Of a DNA stretch of 10,358 nucleotides, positions 7,491 through 10,358 are shown in pieces. The number at the start of each line of letters is the position of its first letter. Positions within the stretch are counted from its first letter, which is position 1. Under the pieces are notes generated by a model that worked only from the letters and a program-made list of their open reading frames with translations, made no database searches and was not told the origin of the DNA. A program made the position numbers and the translations under genes. Where the stretch lies: UHGV virus genome UHGV-0379321. One strand, 5' to 3'. This DNA is from a virus.

Positions 7491-7525
7491 GGTAAATAAT
7501 CACTAATACTCATCTTTCGATGAGT
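7491..7525 (-). terminator. Candidate tR1-like stem-loop between nutR and cII
   Basis: Minus strand: ACTCATC-GAAA-GATGAGT (7-bp stem, GNRA loop) extended by outer AATCACT/AGTGATT pairing, followed by a moderately U-rich tail. Position matches lambda tR1; terminator function not demonstrated. Confidence 0.35.
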
Positions 7526-7537
7526 GATTAATTAGTT

Positions 7538-7572
7538 ACCGCGTTGTCGGCGGTGCAGATTGATAAAGAGCG
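7538..7572 (-). promoter_or_regulatory. nutR site: boxA (CGCTCTTTATCAA) plus P22-type boxB (ACCGCCGACAACGCGGT)
   Basis: Read on the minus strand directly downstream of cro. BoxA matches the consensus; boxB has a 5-bp stem and GACAA-containing loop, matching P22 nutR as recalled and consistent with the P22-type N in this window. Confidence 0.7.
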
Positions 7573-7582
7573 GATCCGCTTA

Positions 7583-7798
7583 TTAAGCGGCTTTGTGTTC
7601 CGGTGGGAACACGTCATCAAGACTGACTTTTGCGCCTAACTTGTTTAGGCACGCAACAAGAGCACGGCATGTTTTAAGGTCTGGGAAGCGACGACCAGAT
7701 TCCCAATGTCCGATAGCTCCCTGTGTGCATCCAACCGCCTTAGCAAGTGTTGTTTGAGAGATATTCAGTGACTCTCGATATTTTCGTAGGTTGCTCAT
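7583..7798 (-). CDS. cro: Cro-like HTH repressor (XRE family), 71 aa
   Basis: MSNLRKYRESLNISQTTLAKAVGCTQGAIGHWESGRRFPDL...; ATG 7796-7798 with GGAGGG RBS; divergent from cI across the operator region; shares the TQGxIGHW motif with the cI N-terminus. The six-frame ORF extending to 7969 is not favoured. Confidence 0.75.
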   Translation of the reverse strand: MSNLRKYRESLNISQTTLAKAVGCTQGAIGHWESGRRFPDLKTCRALVACLNKLGAKVSLDDVFPPEHKAA

Positions 7799-7824
7799 AT
7801 GCCCTCCATAGTAACCATGAAACA

Positions 7825-7853
7825 ATAATACGATATGTACTTTTTGAATGCAA
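7825..7853 (-). promoter_or_regulatory. Candidate PR promoter for cro (-35 TTGCAT, 17-bp spacer, -10 TATTAT) overlapping an operator site
   Basis: Hexamers read on the minus strand; the 13-bp GTAC-N5-GTA motif at 7828-7840 sits within the spacer and -10. Confidence 0.45.
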
Positions 7854-7899
7854 ACAAAAAATACATCTTGTGCATGGATGGTTTTAGTACAGAGCGTAA
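7828..7899. promoter_or_regulatory. OR operator region: two 13-bp GTAC-N5-GTA sites (7828-7840 and 7887-7899)
   Basis: GTACATATCGTAT (minus orientation) and GTACAGAGCGTAA share their core with GTACACATCGTAC at PL (8708-8720); located between divergent cro and cI. Confidence 0.45.
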
Positions 7900-7909
7900 T
7901 AATAAGGAT

Positions 7910-8569
7910 ATGAAAATGAAATGGTATGAACTGGCTAGATCCAGAATGAAAGAACTCGGCATAACTCAAGAGAAGTTAGCTGAAGAGCTTGGTATGACGC
8001 AGGGTGGAATTGGTCACTGGTTGCGCGGATCTCGTCATCCATCTCTTGACGAGATTGGTGTGGTGTTTAAATACCTTGGTATTGATAACGTCTCATTCAA
8101 CCACGACGGTACATTTTCACCTGTTGGCGAATACTCATCTGCCCCCGTTAAAAAACAATATGAGTACCCTGTTTTTTCTCATGTTCAGGCCGGGATGTTC
8201 TCGCCTGAGCTTAGAACCTTTACCAAAGGCGATGCGGAGAGATGGGTCAGCACAACCAAAAAAGCCAGTGATTGTGCGTTTTGGCTTGAAGTTGAAGGTA
8301 ATTCCATGACCGCACCAACAGGATCCAAGCCAAGCTTTCCTGACGGGATGTTAATTCTCGTTGACCCTGAGCAGGCTGTTGAGCCAGGTGATTTCTGCAT
8401 AGCCAGACTTGGTGGTGACGAGTTTACCTTCAAGAAACTGATCAGGGATAGCGGTCAGGTGTTCCTACAACCACTAAACCCGCAATATCCAATGATCCCA
8501 TGCAATGATAGCTGTTCCGTAGTAGGGAAAGTTATCGCCAGCCAGTGGCCTGAAGAGACATTTAGTTAA
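7910..8569 (+). CDS. cI: CI repressor: non-lambda N-terminal HTH domain fused to a lambda-type C-terminal S24 autopeptidase domain
   Basis: From [38 protein letters not shown]... to the end it is near-identical to lambda cI as recalled, including the GNSMTAPTG and FKKLIRD catalytic region. N-terminus ([36 protein letters not shown]) differs. Start ATG 7910 or 7916 (AAGGA RBS); the ORF from 7835 would leave no room for operators. Confidence 0.9.
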   Translation: MKMKWYELARSRMKELGITQEKLAEELGMTQGGIGHWLRGSRHPSLDEIGVVFKYLGIDNVSFNHDGTFSPVGEYSSAPVKKQYEYPVFSHVQAGMFSPELRTFTKGDAERWVSTTKKASDCAFWLEVEGNSMTAPTGSKPSFPDGMLILVDPEQAVEPGDFCIARLGGDEFTFKKLIRDSGQVFLQPLNPQYPMIPCNDSCSVVGKVIASQWPEETFS

Positions 8570-8600
8570 CAGCCTCACCACTCTAAAACACACAACAATA

Positions 8601-8630
8601 ACCCGACCTTAGCGTCGGGTTTTCTTTTTC
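8601..8630 (+). terminator. Intrinsic terminator downstream of cI
   Basis: 7-bp stem ACCCGAC/GTCGGGT, 6-nt loop, then TTTCTTTTT. Confidence 0.7.
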
Positions 8631-8694
8631 CAAAATATAAATCAATAAAATACAAAGTGTTATAAAAAACTAACCGCATTTAGAACATTTTGTA

Positions 8695-8723
8695 TTGACT
8701 CAATAAAGTACACATCGTACTAT
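8695..8723 (+). promoter_or_regulatory. Candidate PL promoter (-35 TTGACT, 17-bp spacer, -10 TACTAT) with overlapping OL operator site GTACACATCGTAC (8708-8720)
   Basis: Good -35/-10 match with correct spacing, about 45 nt upstream of nutL boxA; the operator motif is shared with OR. Confidence 0.55.
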
Positions 8724-8769
8724 TTAGCCATCAGCAGGAAGCTGGAAGCCAAACGGAACAGATTGGCAG

Positions 8770-8803
8770 GCTCTTTAACTTCGATGGTGCGCTGACAAAG
8801 CGC
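8770..8803 (+). promoter_or_regulatory. nutL site: boxA (GCTCTTTAA) plus boxB hairpin GCGCTGACAAAGCGC (P22-type)
   Basis: BoxB is identical to P22 nutL boxB as recalled (stem GCGC, GACAA-containing loop); boxA lies 10 nt upstream; located between PL and N. Confidence 0.8.
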
Positions 8804-8921
8804 GAACAGATACCAAACGAGATGGGTTTGGGGTGATGTGAATTGCAGCAGTAACGACAGCAACCAGAAGATCAGCATCTGGCGCATCACCACCAAAGCC
8901 ATTTCACATGAGGAAAACATC

Positions 8922-9230
8922 ATGACGGTAATCGTGTACGGAAAATCAACATTTGCAGGAAATGCCAAAACTCGCCGTCATGAGCGGCGCAGAAAGCTGG
9001 CTATCGAGCGTGATTCCATCTGCAACATCATCGATTCGATCTTCGGCACAGACAGTGAGGAAGCTGTTCAGGAAGAACCGAGAAAGCGTTTAAGTCTTTC
9101 TGAAAAAGCAATATCACTCGGCATCATCAGTAAATCAAATACAGATGCGAATGGCGGAAGCGTTTGTTTGCCTGAAGTTGCACTGTATGCTGCTGGTTAC
9201 AGGTCAATGAAATCAATTACGGCGAGATAG
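8922..9230 (+). CDS. N: Antitermination protein N, P22 gene 24-type
   Basis: MTVIVYGKSTFAGNAKTRRHERRRKLAIERDSICNIIDSIFG...GGSVCLPEVALYAAGYRSMKSITAR closely matches P22 gp24 including the arginine-rich RNA-binding motif; GAGGAAAA RBS. The longer six-frame ORF from 8838 is not favoured. Confidence 0.85.
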   Translation: MTVIVYGKSTFAGNAKTRRHERRRKLAIERDSICNIIDSIFGTDSEEAVQEEPRKRLSLSEKAISLGIISKSNTDANGGSVCLPEVALYAAGYRSMKSITAR

Positions 9231-9232
9231 AA

Positions 9233-9499
9233 ATGACTAGCAAACAAGTATCATATAAATGCTATTGCCCTTTATGTGGAAGAAAATTCAGCGCCAAGGC
9301 AGCATGGAAGCATATCAATGATTATCATCCAAAAGCATCAGAACGTGAGTTGATGATGATAAGAGATGTAAAACGAGAAAAAATTTCTTTCGCAACAAAG
9401 CCACTAAACGCCAACAAAAACGCAATATTGTATCAAATGCATCGTTCAAGTGGTCCAGATTATTCTGGAGGGCTTCCATCTCTTGGAAAGAAAAAATAA
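9233..9499 (+). CDS. Hypothetical 88-aa basic protein with a C2H2-like zinc-finger pattern
   Basis: CPLCGRKFSAKAAWKHINDYH fits C-x2-C-x12-H-x4-H. Starts 3 nt after the N stop; RBS is weak, so coding status is uncertain. Confidence 0.45.
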   Translation: MTSKQVSYKCYCPLCGRKFSAKAAWKHINDYHPKASERELMMIRDVKREKISFATKPLNANKNAILYQMHRSSGPDYSGGLPSLGKKK

Positions 9500-9525
9500 C
9501 CACGCTCACGCTGGTTTTTAATGAC

Positions 9526-9624
9526 ATAAATAACCGTATTTACTACCGCAAGCCACGCAGTGAAATGGGTGTGACTTGTGTTGGTCGCCAGAAAATGAAA
9601 TTAGGCAGCAAACCACTTATTTGA
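9526..9624 (+). pseudogene. 3' remnant of a lambda/21-type N gene (last ~30 codons, no start codon)
   Basis: Translation NNRIYYRKPRSEMGVTCVGRQKMKLGSKPLI* matches the C-terminus of lambda N (...YSKPGERGITCSGRQKIKGKSIPLI) and, more closely, phage 21 N as recalled. The frame is open back to 9349 but has no plausible start; its stop abuts the next gene's RBS. Confidence 0.55.
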
Positions 9625-9632
9625 GGTGAGAT

Positions 9633-9956
9633 ATGGAAGCATTAGTAGTAGAGCGAAGCGAGGATGGCTACTGGACGCACCCAGAATACGCCAACCTGTT
9701 TGGGGATAGAGAGGTAATTTCAGCTGATGAGTTCAGATCTTTCTGCAAGCAGCATGGCATTGAATCATCAATTGTTGAAATGGAAAACGACAACAATCAA
9801 ACGGTAATTGACGCGTATTTTGAAGATGGGAATCAAAACATCAGTGGATGGGAGCCAAGCATGCCAGATGGAGAAGGATGGTTTGTCGGTTCGATTCACG
9901 ATACAGAAGACGGTCCGATCTGCGTTTGGTTCAGGAATGTAGATAAGGCCGAATAG
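9633..9956 (+). CDS. Hypothetical strongly acidic 107-aa protein
   Basis: GAGGTGAG RBS 2-9 nt upstream of the ATG; about 24 Asp/Glu against 6 Lys/Arg; no family recognised; sits in the early-left operon where lambda carries ral. Confidence 0.55.
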   Translation: MEALVVERSEDGYWTHPEYANLFGDREVISADEFRSFCKQHGIESSIVEMENDNNQTVIDAYFEDGNQNISGWEPSMPDGEGWFVGSIHDTEDGPICVWFRNVDKAE

Positions 9957-9971
9957 TCGGCCTTTATTTTT
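9947..9971 (+). terminator. Intrinsic terminator after the acidic ORF
   Basis: Stem GGCCGA/TCGGCC, loop ATAG (contains the stop codon), followed by TTTATTTTT. Confidence 0.65.
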
Positions 9972-9991
9972 GGCATAAACAACAGAATAAA

Positions 9992-10037
9992 CATTGCACT
10001 GTGTATTCATTCCAACGAGTGAATACACGGAGCAATG
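9992..10037. repeat. 46-bp imperfect palindrome (18-nt arms, 16/18 complementary, 10-nt spacer)
   Basis: CATTGCACTGTGTATTCA ... TGAATACACGGAGCAATG; inner 9-bp arms GTGTATTCA/TGAATACAC are perfect. Lies between two intrinsic terminators in an intergenic region. Confidence 0.6.
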
Positions 10038-10090
10038 TCGCTCGTAACTAAACAGGAGCCGACTTGTTCTGATTATTGGAAATCTTCTTT

Positions 10091-10118
10091 GCCCTCCGAT
10101 GTGAGGGCGATTTTTTTT
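10091..10118 (+). terminator. Intrinsic terminator (possibly N-antiterminated) upstream of the next early gene
   Basis: Stem GCCCTC/GAGGGC, loop CGATGT, followed by an 8-T run; directly followed by a GGAGG RBS and ATG at 10131. Confidence 0.6.
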
Positions 10119-10130
10119 GATGGAGGATAT

Positions 10131-10358
10131 ATGAGTGAAGTAACAGATTTAGTTGTTATTGAAAAAGCAAATGCAATGACTGTATTTCAGTCTGCCGACC
10201 AGATTGAAGAAATTCTCCAAAAGGTTGAACGTGAAGTTATGTCCTTTGTGCCTGATATCACAACGGCAAAGGGCAGAAAGGAGATCGCTTCTCTGGCGTA
10301 TAAAGTTGCGCAGACGAAAACATATCTCGATGGTCTTGGCAAAGACCTTGTTGCTGAA
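10131..10358 (+). CDS. Hypothetical early-left-operon protein, 5' portion only (runs off the window)
   Basis: ATG at 10131 preceded by GGAGG; open frame to the window end (MSEVTDLVVIEKANAMTVFQSADQIEEILQKVEREV...). Absent from the ORF track because it has no stop within the window. Confidence 0.5.
   Translation, partial: MSEVTDLVVIEKANAMTVFQSADQIEEILQKVEREVMSFVPDITTAKGRKEIASLAYKVAQTKTYLDGLGKDLVAE

Noticed and set aside
7835-7909. N-terminal extension of cI from the upstream start at 7835
   Set aside because: Would place the cI start 36 bp from the cro start, leaving no room for the operator/promoter region; a start with RBS exists at 7910/7916.
8004-8433. ORFs 8004..8309 (+) and 8185..8433 (-) inside cI
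   Set aside because: Alternative-frame and antisense ORFs within a gene near-identical to lambda cI.
8720-8968. Minus-strand 82-aa ORF
   Set aside because: Antisense across PL, nutL and the N start; hydrophobic low-complexity translation; likely spurious.
9315-10028. Minus-strand ORFs 9315..9527 and 9768..10028
   Set aside because: Antisense to the plus-strand early genes and running against the operon direction; no RBS. A sieB-like antisense gene was considered but nothing supports it.

Overview
The window is a mosaic lambdoid prophage early/regulatory region, read entirely from the sequence and from recalled protein families (no database search was possible). Genes at 1-7798 are on the minus strand: start of a phage-21-type pinholin S, two phage tRNAs, a Q antiterminator, nin genes (ninG, ninF, ninE, ninB), two small accessory ORFs, a DnaB-type helicase, an O-like initiator with origin iterons, cII and cro. 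Genes from 7910 onward are on the plus strand: a cI repressor with a lambda-type C-terminal domain, a P22-type N with nutL, and accessory ORFs. The strongest findings are two nested selfish elements: (1) a roughly 339-aa intein with LAGLIDADG endonuclease motifs inserted in the Walker A loop of the helicase, and (2) an HNH-AP2 endonuclease ORF fused to the first 32 codons of ninB, with ninB restarting just after it. Other points worth a second look are a 3' remnant of a lambda/21-type N gene downstream of the intact P22-type N, the tRNA pair between Q and S, and uncharacterised accessory ORFs at positions where lambda carries ren and ral.
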